36,171 bases of DNA from a virus. Taxonomy: Duplodnaviria; Caudoviricetes. This document shows positions 1-9,905 of the stretch, piece after piece (within the stretch, counting starts at the first letter, position 1; every line of letters begins with the position of its first letter). The notes under the pieces were generated by a model. That model was not told the origin of the DNA, made no database searches, and worked only from the letters and a program-made list of their open reading frames with translations. The position numbers and the translations under genes were made by a program. The stretch is from positions 1 through 36,171 of the IMG/VR virus record IMGVR_UViG_3300037424_000401; one strand, written 5' to 3'.

Positions 1-87
1 GTAACCATTCTTTAACTTGGTCATGGCTTCCTGGTGCCAGAAGAGTTTGGACCCTGTGCTGGTGAACTCCTGAAGTAAGGCAGGCAT
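1..87 (-). CDS. 5' part of a gene running off the left edge (MPALLQEFTSTGSKLFWHQEAMTKLKNGY...); possibly a radical SAM protein
   Basis: ATG at 87, 13 nt after the stop of the upstream gene, and open to the edge; absent from the ORF track. The N-terminus resembles phage radical SAM proteins from memory only; the CxxxCxxC motif would lie outside the window. Confidence 0.4.
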   Translation of the reverse strand, partial: MPALLQEFTSTGSKLFWHQEAMTKLKNGY

Positions 88-100
88 GTGGTGACGGTAG

Positions 101-862
101 TTAAATGACAAGTGGACGGCAACGGTAATCCTTGCGCTCAATCTGCCCCCATTCCTCAAGATGGAATCTACCGTTGGTTCCGTGGGTTATCGCCAGATCC
201 CTGTAATCCTTTTCCTTTGCCTGATACCTGCGGAGGTAGATTGGATCTTCAGTTGGGTTGGTAAACTCCTCAATCTTGACAGTCCTGCCGCTGAACTTTC
301 GATTGTGCAGGTCATCAACAGTACATTCTATAAAGCTGGCCCATGGCGTCTTCTCCCTGATTAGCCTCTCCCTGTACATGATCAGCAGATCCTGTGGCGT
401 CATGCATCCAACCCGAATCATAACCATGTCGGACAGGGTGGTGAACGCCATGAATCCCTTGGAAGCACGGTTACTTGTATTCGGCTTTGGCTGACCTGGT
501 GTAGCCACGCAGATGTTAGGATCAGAGAACACTTTTTGTATTACATCAATTGCCTCAGGCTTTCTCAGGATGGTTCGCTGTGAGATCTTAACAGCCACAT
601 CGGCCCCGGCAGCTTCAGCAAAAGCCAGCGCATTAACCAGCGCCTGGAAGTCTGCTGAGAAATGCCCACGCCTTATCTTTGAACACTTGTAATTCACCCC
701 AAGTTCATTGGTTATCCTAATCATGTGAGATGAATCAGGAGAGGCATCGTCGCTTACAAGTATTGGTGAATCAGGTGAAAGCCTTTGAATCTGCCTTATG
801 CCAAGGGATACGAAATCAATCAGTCTGTAGGCACCGATGGTGAAAGCCAGTTTGAGAGGCAT
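101..862 (-). CDS. GT-A fold (GT2-like) glycosyltransferase
   Basis: N-terminal beta strand followed by ILVSDDASPD, which matches the GT2 'IIVVDDGSxD' motif. ATG at 862 overlaps the upstream TGA (TGATG), so it is preferred over the TTG at 865. Confidence 0.6.
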   Translation of the reverse strand: MPLKLAFTIGAYRLIDFVSLGIRQIQRLSPDSPILVSDDASPDSSHMIRITNELGVNYKCSKIRRGHFSADFQALVNALAFAEAAGADVAVKISQRTILRKPEAIDVIQKVFSDPNICVATPGQPKPNTSNRASKGFMAFTTLSDMVMIRVGCMTPQDLLIMYRERLIREKTPWASFIECTVDDLHNRKFSGRTVKIEEFTNPTEDPIYLRRYQAKEKDYRDLAITHGTNGRFHLEEWGQIERKDYRCRPLVI

Positions 863-3800
863 CAAGCCCGAACATATCCAAGACCCCTTCTAACTCCAAG
901 CCTTCTTCTTCTGACTGTTATTCTAGGCGACCTTCTGCGCACAGAAATTCCTCTGAGAGACCTTCTAAGTCTGGACCTACCGGCTCCTGCGCGTCGCGCT
1001 CTTCTCACACGACTAATCCTTGGTAGTGCCGAAGCCTGGTAGGTTCCAGTGGAAGGAGCTGATATTCCGACTCCGGCAAGCCTCAACAACCCACCACCTC
1101 CACCAGCTCGCCTTCTGGTCAGAGGAAGCCCGGTAATAGGAGACAGCCTGGCAGATGCCGAAGCCCCGCCTCTACCGCCACCACTGCCGCGCACAGTCAC
1201 CATGTCCATGTCCTTTCCGGTCACCTGCCCAAGGACACCCCATGCCGCCACAGCTCGATCATAGTTGGCCTTCTGTTCAGGGGTCATTCTCTTGACCCAT
1301 CTCTGCTCCTCCTCTGGAGTCATCTCCTTTCCAGTAAGGATTCTGATTGGTTCCTTTGAAGCCAGCGCAGTGACCACCGCCTTCGATGCGTCTTCCTGAG
1401 ATCTTCCAGTAGCCACGTATGCGGCAATGGCATCGTTAAGTCTTTGCTGAACTGTGGTAACGTTTCCACCCCTGGCCACGACATCGTAAGCGGAAGAGAT
1501 GAGCTTCTGGATCTCGTCGTTGGCCGGGCTGTAACGCATCTCCCCAACCCCGCGTTGTCCCCATTTGATTTCTGTGCCGGGAGGAGCTGAGGCATTGAGT
1601 GAACGAACTGCGTTCTGCTGATCAACTATGCCGCTGATAATAGGAGCACGATTAAGTACTATCTTGGTGAATGGCATCCACTGCCTTGACCAGTCTGCCA
1701 TCGGAAGAACTGCGTCTCCAGTCTGAACAATCCTCTTAACCGTGTTCCATGTGCCAAGGGCAAACCCAACCGCAGGCATTAACGATGCTGGATCAAATGG
1801 CTGACCCCTTCCAGTAAAAGCAAGTCCTGCCAGGTTTCCAGCCATAGGACCAAAGACGGGAACGGTGTTAACCAGGGCCTGAACGAAGTAAAGAACACCT
1901 GTTTCAACGTCCTGTATGTTACCTGGCTGAATCCTGGCTGAAGTCTGGTTATAGACCAGCTTAGTAAATTCATCTCCGAACTCCCAGTTCCAGGCACCAA
2001 CCGCAGAAAGAAGAACAATGATAGTGGCAAGCCCAAGCATGTTTCTCCAAATTGATACCGCTTTTGAATCTGCGCTATGCGTCTGCATCGCCTTCGAGAA
2101 CTGCTTGGTCATGTTCGTGACCCAACCCATGAAGGTTCCCACGATGTTCCTCCATAGACCGTCAGAGCCTTTTCCCTTCAAGGCAAATGAACGTCTCGTT
2201 TCCGTGGCTACGTTAGTGATAGCTGCATACTCCAAAGCCATGGCTGCGTAGTCATCATTGCTTTGAATCAAAGGTTCACTCTTCCTCTGCTCTGGAGTCA
2301 TGGTTTTCGTTCTCTCATAGTAATCGAGAAGAACACGATCCAAGGAACCAAGCGGAGCAAAAAGGTTTCGATAGACATCCAAGCCCTTGTGGGATGAAAG
2401 GCCAAGATCTCCAGGGACAAGCACGTTGTCAGGATTGGAAAGGTCCTTCCAGTCATAGCCAGGAGCAGCTGCTGTCTCTCTGGCTTGGAATGCTGTCCAT
2501 CCGTTCTTTGCCAGGAAGTCCATATCTCGCTCAAATGAAGCCACGAGCGAATAGTTAATCATGTTATCGAACAGCCGTGGAGCTACAGCCTTAACGCCTT
2601 CAGCTATATGTCTTACTCCAGGAGCAGACAGAAAGGCGTTACTCCATTGCATCAACGGAATTGTCCCGGTTTCAGAATCAGTTGCTGACTCCAGCCGTCC
2701 TGCTGTCCTTTTGAGCGCAGCCTTGTTGGCGAGCACATCTCCAAGATTGTATGGAGTCACCATGCCGGTTTGTTCAGCTATCTGCTGAATCCTTCTCCAG
2801 TCATGAGACGCCTTAACGATGTTCTCTGCCAGCGTATTCCAAAGCGGAGCATGAACCTTCAGAAGCTTTGCCATCGCCGGGTTGCTGGCAACAATGTCAG
2901 ATACTCTTGCGATGATCGTCTTCCAAAGATGAGGAGCAGGAATGACATCCTGTAATGACTTGAGATACTGCCCAGCCTGCCAATGAAATATGGCTGGACC
3001 AAGCAATGTGCCGCTCCAGTAGTTTGTGGTAATTGCCTGGGTTGACGACAGCAGGAACGACTTCACCGTTCCGAATACATTATTAAGAGCAGCCACACCA
3101 GCATGCTCATAATGCTCCGATACGCTTGCTTCAAATCTTTCAAGGCTTCCAAACACCTTCTCCAACCCGGACAATGCAGTGACAAGCTCCTTGTAGTCGT
3201 AGCGAATCTTGTTCGCCTTACGATCCTTTGCTGTCTGTTTGAGAATGATTGATGTGGCTTTTCCCTTGGGCATTCCAGAACGAACCATCTTCTGGATCTG
3301 CTCATCCATCTCGGTCTTCTTGCTTCCAATTGAAGCCATAGCCTCCCTGCCTGACTGCATCAGCTTCAGGTTAAGCAATGACCTGAGACTGCCAACGTGC
3401 CTGAGCCTTCTGCCATCTGAAGCAGTCGAGTAGGTGTAAAACGTGGAAGGTGCAACCAGCTGGCCACGGGGAGTGGTGAATGAATTGTTTGCCGTGGAGG
3501 ACTGAATCACCGCAGGCGGAACTCCACCGTAAGTCTCTGTAGACTTGTAGTTGATAACCCCATTCTCGAATGCGGTTATAAACGCCTTGATGTCCGCAAG
3601 CATGGCCTTCTGTGCGGATGTCTTGGCTGTGGTGAAATCCGGAGAGATGTTCCTTGAAACCATTTCATTGGCCACGAAATCAAGGACATCATCAATGTTG
3701 TTAAACGACTGAACCCCCATCTTTTCGGTCAGGGCCAGCCTCCGGTAAACCTCAAACAGCTCAGTCTTATTTGGACTGGCTGGATTCATCCTTGAGAACT

Positions 3801-6800
3801 CAGGATTAAACTCACCCAAGTAACCAAGAATGATCCTCCTGAAGTTCTCTTCGCTGCCGAGAAGATTCCACTTGGCGTCATCAGTCTTTGCGTCCGCCCA
3901 TTCGATCATGAACTGGTGTGTCCATGGAGCTGCTACGCGAGCAACTGTAAACCTGCCGCTTCCGATTGCCTTCCTTGAAATTCCAAGGTCACCGAGTTGT
4001 TCCATGACATGCCTTGGAGCAGCGGAAAGTACGGCGTCTTCCCATTGCTTCATCAGCTTCATGGCATCCACGTCTTCCCTGGTAAGAACAACACCTGAAC
4101 CGATGATGGTATCTCCAATCTCGTAGGATGGACCGAGATTGTTCTGACCAGCGGCAAGGACTCGCTCAGCAACTTCCTCATCCCACCTTGAAAACTGGTC
4201 ATGGTTCCAGCCATGGCTCTTGATAGCCTTCAACACCGCACTTACCTGAGCAGCATAACCAAACGTCTTGTTGGCGTTAACAGCCTCAACCCTTCGCATG
4301 GTCCTGTCCAGCTCATGACCATCCAGGACAGCTTGCTTAACAGCTCTTCCACCAATCCTCTCCAGAGTGTCCCTGACAGTCCTGAACAGTGGACCAGTAA
4401 GAGCACTCCACATGTCGAATGGGTCCAATGGAATTCTTATGTTGGTTCCAGGAATCCCCATCCATGGATCTTGTATGAATCCCTGAGCGGGGTCTAATGA
4501 TGGATGAACCAGGTACCTTTCAATGTATTCAGCCAGGTTGTTATATTCATCAGAAAGCAATGGGTTGGAATCCATGTTCTGTTGCGCAAACAGACGAGCC
4601 TCAGTAACGAATTCCATCAGGGCAGTTCGATTAGCCTGTTCCTGCGACGATGATGGATAGAGATCAACGACGTATTCAGTGTTGGTCAATGGACCAGTCA
4701 TGCGCCAGCGACCTACCGTCTTGTCGCGCTCAATGAGACCGGTCTTGTTATCCTGAGAATCGTACAAGGCCCGCACAACGACGTGGGCGACCCTGGCAGC
4801 TTCCCTTACTGTGGATACGTACTTCGGCTCCACCATCATGGACTGAAGCCTGTCTCTGGCTATGGTGTTCCCACGGATTTGCAGATCGAGCTTGTCGATT
4901 TCTTTATTGATGGCCTTTACAATTCCAAGCGCCTTATCCCTTGCTGTTCTGAACTTGAAATAGTCTTCAGCAAATTTCTTAGCTGAAACAGCTTTTGCCT
5001 TTCCTGACGGCCTGAACCAATTCTCGAAAGCCTTGATGTCTGCTTCAATGGTTTGCTGATTAAGCAAAAGGTCACGAAGCGTGTTCATGTCCTCCAACAA
5101 CCTGGTATAACCAAGCAGTGCCGGTGAACCAGAGCCATCATCAATCAACAGCCAGGTGCGGACATCATCACCAACTACATTGAACAGGACGCCTTGCTGG
5201 TTAACCCAATCAACGATCTGTTGGTTGGTAGTTCCTTGAACCAGAAGGTTGGTCGGAAGGTTTGCCGCAATGGCAGACAGTGCCCGCTGCACCGCAATCG
5301 GTGGAGCAACCTGATCGTTAAGCCTGCGTTCAGCGTTGGCCAGAGCCTGACGGTACTGGCTTTGAACGTTACCGGAAGCTGGAGCATTGGCTATCTTGTC
5401 GTTGAGATAAACCCTGTAATCTGAAGTTAAACGATTAAACAGAGCAGTCAGGAAGTTGGCCTTGATCTGATTTATGTTCAGCTTGCCAAGCTTGGCTACA
5501 GCCTTGGCATACGGTCCTTGGGCAGTCTCAAGCTCATTGTTAATCTTCCGCTCCATGGCCCGATCAACACCGTAATGACCAAGGATCTGAGCACCTGATA
5601 CTTCCTTAGCCCTGACATCGTCAGGAGTAGCCGTCGTCATAGTCACCAATGACTGTTGCAAGTTACTGAGATGCCTACGGTCTTCGATGTAATCCAACTT
5701 CTTCTGGGCAAACCGCTCGAACTGATCTCTTGGTGTCTGCATCAACCAGCCCACGATTGTATCAGGAGACATCGTTGATTGAACGGCAGCCAAGTCTCTG
5801 GCTTGCTGCTGCTGGGATGCTGAGATGCCTGGATTCTGAACCGCAGCCTCTACCTGTTTTCTGGTCTGGAAGAACTGAGGAACCCTGCTCTCGTACTGGA
5901 CTTCTCCCTGTTCGTTAATCGTTCCCTGAGATTGAGCCTGAACTTCCTTGAAAGCATTATGAATAGCCCTGGCTGAAATTCTCTCAGCACCAAGCCTGGT
6001 CATCGGAAGTCCAATATGCTGCGCCAATGCCAGAACCCGCCCAATCAATTGCTCAAACCAGTTACGGCCTTTCCACGCATTGGCCAGCTGCTCAGTACCA
6101 CGAGCCTCAATTTCCTCAACCAGGGTTGGATTGTATCCAAGCCTGATCATGTCTCCCATGATATCCGCCTTCTCATCTGCTGAAAGCTGGTCAAGAACAT
6201 GACTCATGGAACCATCGATGGAGACAACGTGAGCCAACTCATGATCGATGGCGGTGTCGATGGATTGAGTGCTGGTAAGCTTGGAGGCATTCAATTCAAT
6301 CCGTTGAAGCTGGTTTCCACGGAAGACGCTCTTAGCGTCCCATTCACCGGCTGGATCTTCGGTAATTAAGATGCGTTCTCCTGGAGCAAGTCCTCTCGTG
6401 GCCAGATGGCTTATGATTACATCTGGAGTTAATCCCTGCCCCGGCACTGGCTGGCGACGTTCGCTGGTCTGGCCTGCCTGCCATTCATCGAACGTTGGCA
6501 CCGGACCGATCATCTTCTCGTCAGCCCTAAGCATACCATGGGTCTTAGTTCCATTAGGAAGCGTCCACCCAACGGAAGCCATGACGCCTCTTCCAAGCTC
6601 ACGCATGTCGTAGTAACCAGTGAACTCGCCTTCGCGGACGGAACCGTCAGCGCTTTGAATTTGAATTGGAACACGGACTGGAGCGCGGGATTCAAAAACC
6701 TGTTCCGATGGCACGGCAGAAATTACAGGAGCTACACCAAGCTCAGTGGCAGGAACAGGAGTAGTAGCTATCCTGGTTAATGGCGCTCCCGCTTCGGTTT

Positions 6801-7974
6801 CCAACCTGTCTTGCGCAACGTCCCGTACACGTACTCCCCCGCCTTCTTCTTGCCCAGGCGCAACTTCTTGGCCCGGCGTTGGAGTGATCGTTCTAATGCC
6901 TTCGGCATATTGTGTTCCTTCCTGCGGCAGTAACCTGCCTTGTTCAACTTCCAGTGAGATAACACGACGGCGACGTTGCTCACCACGACGCATCCTGCTT
7001 GGTTCCGTAACAGCACTGGCGGCAGCAAACGGAGCAGCAATAGCTCCAGTCGTTAAACCACCTAAAGCAAACCCAGCCAGACCAGCCATTCCGGCTTCGT
7101 TAAATATCTCTCCAACTGGTTTGTCCGGATTAACGAAAGCCTTCTCAGTAAAACCAGTGGCAAGCTGATCTCCGTATTCTTCCGGAAACTCAAGAGATGC
7201 GCTCCTGAATGCATCGCGAAGCAAAGCCTTAACGCCTTCCTTGCCAATTCCCTCTCTGGCAATTCTCTCTACGAACCTTTCAACTCCACCGAATCCACGA
7301 GTAAGAACCCCAGTAGCAGTACCGGCAAGAGCTGCCGGAACCTGAGCCTTTTGAAACACTTCATCCTCGGACAGATTTGGATTCCTTGCTTTCAGCGTGT
7401 CCCTGAAATCAGAAAGATTAAGAGCATAGCTCTGAGTAGCAGCAGCCACAGCGGCAGGACCAAGACCAAACACTGCGGCTGGCAATGTGGTAGCACTTAT
7501 ACCAGCAGTCCCAGCGAGGCTCTCAACTATAGCTGGACCAACACCACCGCCTATTGATTCACCAAGTTCTGATGCAGCCCGGCGCTGGGCTGAACCTTCC
7601 TCTTCAAGAGATCTACCAGCTTCACGCAATATGTTAATCGGAAGCTCTGGATCTGATACATCAGGAGTTCTTTGAAGATCTGATCGTGGGATTGTAAATA
7701 CATCAGCCAGGGTTCTGGCTATATTTCCAACTACCTGCTTTGCTGCTCCTCCTGTTTGTTCTCCTAAGGCAAGCCCACCACGAACAAGATATTTCTCAAG
7801 GCCTGGTTCCTGACGCTCAACCTCAGTTAAAGCCCCCTGTAGATTCATCCTGGCAGAGCCTAAGGCCCTGTCACGGATCTGATTGTAATTACCTACAATC
7901 TGTTCGTCAGTTGCGTCATCCGGGAATGAAACAACTCCACCGAGCTTGTCTCCAAAATCTATAAGTCTGGGCAT
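862..7974 (-). CDS. Giant internal virion / DNA-ejection protein (T7 gp16-like role) with HExxH zincin-like motif, C-terminal hydrophobic helix and Arg-rich tail
   Basis: 2370-aa ORF, last of three consecutive genes after the tail module. HELAH at 6229-6243 with downstream EEIEAR; TM-like MLGLATIIVLLSAVGAW at about 1990-2040; no Cys. Function inferred from position and composition. Confidence 0.7.
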   Translation of the reverse strand: MPRLIDFGDKLGGVVSFPDDATDEQIVGNYNQIRDRALGSARMNLQGALTEVERQEPGLEKYLVRGGLALGEQTGGAAKQVVGNIARTLADVFTIPRSDLQRTPDVSDPELPINILREAGRSLEEEGSAQRRAASELGESIGGGVGPAIVESLAGTAGISATTLPAAVFGLGPAAVAAATQSYALNLSDFRDTLKARNPNLSEDEVFQKAQVPAALAGTATGVLTRGFGGVERFVERIAREGIGKEGVKALLRDAFRSASLEFPEEYGDQLATGFTEKAFVNPDKPVGEIFNEAGMAGLAGFALGGLTTGAIAAPFAAASAVTEPSRMRRGEQRRRRVISLEVEQGRLLPQEGTQYAEGIRTITPTPGQEVAPGQEEGGGVRVRDVAQDRLETEAGAPLTRIATTPVPATELGVAPVISAVPSEQVFESRAPVRVPIQIQSADGSVREGEFTGYYDMRELGRGVMASVGWTLPNGTKTHGMLRADEKMIGPVPTFDEWQAGQTSERRQPVPGQGLTPDVIISHLATRGLAPGERILITEDPAGEWDAKSVFRGNQLQRIELNASKLTSTQSIDTAIDHELAHVVSIDGSMSHVLDQLSADEKADIMGDMIRLGYNPTLVEEIEARGTEQLANAWKGRNWFEQLIGRVLALAQHIGLPMTRLGAERISARAIHNAFKEVQAQSQGTINEQGEVQYESRVPQFFQTRKQVEAAVQNPGISASQQQQARDLAAVQSTMSPDTIVGWLMQTPRDQFERFAQKKLDYIEDRRHLSNLQQSLVTMTTATPDDVRAKEVSGAQILGHYGVDRAMERKINNELETAQGPYAKAVAKLGKLNINQIKANFLTALFNRLTSDYRVYLNDKIANAPASGNVQSQYRQALANAERRLNDQVAPPIAVQRALSAIAANLPTNLLVQGTTNQQIVDWVNQQGVLFNVVGDDVRTWLLIDDGSGSPALLGYTRLLEDMNTLRDLLLNQQTIEADIKAFENWFRPSGKAKAVSAKKFAEDYFKFRTARDKALGIVKAINKEIDKLDLQIRGNTIARDRLQSMMVEPKYVSTVREAARVAHVVVRALYDSQDNKTGLIERDKTVGRWRMTGPLTNTEYVVDLYPSSSQEQANRTALMEFVTEARLFAQQNMDSNPLLSDEYNNLAEYIERYLVHPSLDPAQGFIQDPWMGIPGTNIRIPLDPFDMWSALTGPLFRTVRDTLERIGGRAVKQAVLDGHELDRTMRRVEAVNANKTFGYAAQVSAVLKAIKSHGWNHDQFSRWDEEVAERVLAAGQNNLGPSYEIGDTIIGSGVVLTREDVDAMKLMKQWEDAVLSAAPRHVMEQLGDLGISRKAIGSGRFTVARVAAPWTHQFMIEWADAKTDDAKWNLLGSEENFRRIILGYLGEFNPEFSRMNPASPNKTELFEVYRRLALTEKMGVQSFNNIDDVLDFVANEMVSRNISPDFTTAKTSAQKAMLADIKAFITAFENGVINYKSTETYGGVPPAVIQSSTANNSFTTPRGQLVAPSTFYTYSTASDGRRLRHVGSLRSLLNLKLMQSGREAMASIGSKKTEMDEQIQKMVRSGMPKGKATSIILKQTAKDRKANKIRYDYKELVTALSGLEKVFGSLERFEASVSEHYEHAGVAALNNVFGTVKSFLLSSTQAITTNYWSGTLLGPAIFHWQAGQYLKSLQDVIPAPHLWKTIIARVSDIVASNPAMAKLLKVHAPLWNTLAENIVKASHDWRRIQQIAEQTGMVTPYNLGDVLANKAALKRTAGRLESATDSETGTIPLMQWSNAFLSAPGVRHIAEGVKAVAPRLFDNMINYSLVASFERDMDFLAKNGWTAFQARETAAAPGYDWKDLSNPDNVLVPGDLGLSSHKGLDVYRNLFAPLGSLDRVLLDYYERTKTMTPEQRKSEPLIQSNDDYAAMALEYAAITNVATETRRSFALKGKGSDGLWRNIVGTFMGWVTNMTKQFSKAMQTHSADSKAVSIWRNMLGLATIIVLLSAVGAWNWEFGDEFTKLVYNQTSARIQPGNIQDVETGVLYFVQALVNTVPVFGPMAGNLAGLAFTGRGQPFDPASLMPAVGFALGTWNTVKRIVQTGDAVLPMADWSRQWMPFTKIVLNRAPIISGIVDQQNAVRSLNASAPPGTEIKWGQRGVGEMRYSPANDEIQKLISSAYDVVARGGNVTTVQQRLNDAIAAYVATGRSQEDASKAVVTALASKEPIRILTGKEMTPEEEQRWVKRMTPEQKANYDRAVAAWGVLGQVTGKDMDMVTVRGSGGGRGGASASARLSPITGLPLTRRRAGGGGGLLRLAGVGISAPSTGTYQASALPRISRVRRARRAGAGRSRLRRSLRGISVRRRSPRITVRRRRLGVRRGLGYVRA
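6777..6908 (-). CDS. Small basic protein (43 aa) nested out of frame inside the giant ejection gene
   Basis: MPKALERSLQRRAKKLRLGKKKAGEYVYGTLRKTGWKPKRERH, preceded by AGGAAGGAACACAAT-ATG (SD-like AAGGA). The YVYGTLRKTGWKP motif resembles a family of small phage proteins (from memory). Confidence 0.6.
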   Translation of the reverse strand: MPKALERSLQRRAKKLRLGKKKAGEYVYGTLRKTGWKPKRERH

Positions 7975-7977
7975 GAA

Positions 7978-8874
7978 TCATCTATACACAGGAGGGACAT
8001 CAGTTGAAATGAAATCCTCAGGCACCACGTTAGGAACCGGGAATGCATAAGGATTTGGAGAGGGAATGTTAAGAGGAACATTGGGCGCACCCTGACCAGC
8101 ACCAAGCACGGATGGACCAATCGGCATTCTTGTCCTCATCTCTCCGCCGCCTCCTAACAGGTTTTTTATTGGAGTTACGCCTTGAGGAATCGCTCCAACA
8201 CCAGCAGGTGGAAGAACAGGATCAAGACGTGGACCACGGTACTTTGGATTGAATCTGAAGGTTCTTGTTGGATCTTTTACCAGAAGCTCCTTGGCCCTCC
8301 TGTCTGCGTTAAATATCTTCTGGTAATCAGCGAACTTCTTGTCCTCTCCAACCAGAACGCTATCAAACAATCTGTTGTATGAATCAGCAAGAGTCTTGGC
8401 TTCATCAGCCAATGCGGTAAGCGTTCTGCGCTGGCTGGCCAGCAAATCCCTAAGTCTCTTTTTTCTGTCTTCGTCTATGCCAACTGACAATGATTCAAAC
8501 TCACTATCGGTAGGCGGATCTTCACTCGATATCCTGGCAGCGAGTGAATCATAAGCCTCAGCTGATTTGTCTCCACCAAACCTGGATTTGTTGTATTCGC
8601 TTTGAGCAGCAATGGATTTATCAAGTTCAGCCATCCTTCCAGCCCTGCCCTTCTCAGCTTCAGAAGAACGAAAAGCCATCTCCTGTTGAGTTAATGCTCT
8701 CTGCTCGGCTGCATTCTGCCTTGCTATCTGCTGTTGCTGTACGCTACGGGCAAAAGCGGAAGCATTACGATCCTTCTCAGCCTGAGCCTGGGCAAGGATC
8801 TGCCCCATCTGTACGGCTTGCTGAGCGGCTACAGGATCAGTGAAGGCGAAGTTCTGGAAAGGAATGGTAGCCAT
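7978..8874 (-). CDS. Putative internal virion (ejection) protein, Gln/Ala coiled-coil N-terminus and Pro-rich C-terminus
   Basis: ATG at 8874 lies 2 nt after the upstream TAA (start MATIPFQNF preferred to the track's 8940). Middle gene of the ejection trio; no Cys. Confidence 0.6.
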   Translation of the reverse strand: MATIPFQNFAFTDPVAAQQAVQMGQILAQAQAEKDRNASAFARSVQQQQIARQNAAEQRALTQQEMAFRSSEAEKGRAGRMAELDKSIAAQSEYNKSRFGGDKSAEAYDSLAARISSEDPPTDSEFESLSVGIDEDRKKRLRDLLASQRRTLTALADEAKTLADSYNRLFDSVLVGEDKKFADYQKIFNADRRAKELLVKDPTRTFRFNPKYRGPRLDPVLPPAGVGAIPQGVTPIKNLLGGGGEMRTRMPIGPSVLGAGQGAPNVPLNIPSPNPYAFPVPNVVPEDFISTDVPPVYR

Positions 8875-8876
8875 AA

Positions 8877-9863
8877 TTATCCAGGAAAGTAACCAGGCGC
8901 TGGCTGCGATTGAGATCCTGGAACAGGATTGTAAGGCCACGGAGGATAGTTGGCCGGAGGAGCCGCTGGTGCAGGTTGATACGGAATAAAAGCAGGAGCA
9001 GGTTGTTGATTTGGTGGACTCTGAGAACTACCACCGCCGCCGCCAAGTAATCCACCGAGACCGCCCAGCCCACCTCCACCGCCGCCGCCAAGCAATCCAC
9101 CGTAAACAGATGCAGCCATCTGCACGGCCTCTTGCAGACTGTTCCACATGGATGTATCAACCGCTCCAAGACGGTCCCAGATATTTCTGTCCTTTTGGAA
9201 TCCGTACACTCCAGACTTCAAGGCATTATTTATGTTGCCTACATTCTGGGAACCAAGATTGGAAGCTTCAGAAACAAGCTGTGCAGCCTCAAGCGGAGAC
9301 GCATCCAGCTTTCGGTATCCACGCATCAGCGCCGGTAAATAACCAGCAGCAAGATCGGCATTGCTTAGTCCTGCGTTGAAGACTTGGTTGTAGAGCTGGG
9401 GCAGCTGCCCGTAAATGTTTCGGGCCACATCGTAATAGCGTCCACTCGCGATCCGAGCATTGCGAAGTCGGTCTGCGGTTGAATCAATGGCGGCTGGATT
9501 GAGTCCTCTGGCCATTCTTCCGAGTCTATCATAGTTAACGTCAAACCGTGACAGCGGTGACACCACGTTTGGATCAATGAACCCGAAGGCTGTCCTACCA
9601 ACGTCCTGTAGAAGTTGGTTTGGGTCTTGGTTTAAGGCACGAGAAAGAAGCTGCCTGGTTACTCCCTCCTGCTCTCCCATCAAAGCTTCCTGCCTTGCAG
9701 TGCCAAGATTGTATTTATCTTCAGCAGCTGCTGCTCCCTCGCTCAACGACGCCAATGCCTGCTTGCCAAGTTTTACCGCAGGCTTATTCAGTGACGGCGC
9801 AAGATACCTTGGGGTTACCTTATCGCTTCCGAATCCTGCTCCGATGGCACTTAAGATTGGCAT
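8877..9863 (-). CDS. Putative internal virion / DNA pilot-like protein
   Basis: 328 aa, Ala/Gln helical body, Gly-rich hydrophobic segment (YGGLLGGGGGGGLGGLGGLLGG) and Pro/Tyr tail; first gene of the ejection trio; no Cys. Confidence 0.6.
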   Translation of the reverse strand: MPILSAIGAGFGSDKVTPRYLAPSLNKPAVKLGKQALASLSEGAAAAEDKYNLGTARQEALMGEQEGVTRQLLSRALNQDPNQLLQDVGRTAFGFIDPNVVSPLSRFDVNYDRLGRMARGLNPAAIDSTADRLRNARIASGRYYDVARNIYGQLPQLYNQVFNAGLSNADLAAGYLPALMRGYRKLDASPLEAAQLVSEASNLGSQNVGNINNALKSGVYGFQKDRNIWDRLGAVDTSMWNSLQEAVQMAASVYGGLLGGGGGGGLGGLGGLLGGGGGSSQSPPNQQPAPAFIPYQPAPAAPPANYPPWPYNPVPGSQSQPAPGYFPG

Positions 9864-9905
9864 ATAACTTTAATCTCCATATAACACAGCCGCTTGCAAG
9901 GTTAA

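Noticed and set aside
862-7974. Tape measure protein or virion RNA polymerase
   Set aside because: No tail tube or sheath genes recognised, no periodic aromatic repeats and no recognisable polymerase motifs; position fits ejection proteins.
9020-9105. CCA/CCG-rich tandem-like repeat
   Set aside because: Simply encodes the poly-Gly segment of the pilot-like protein; not CRISPR or an iteron.
9867-9899. Sigma70 promoter TTGCAA...TAAAGT upstream of the ejection genes
   Set aside because: The spacer would be 21 nt, too long.
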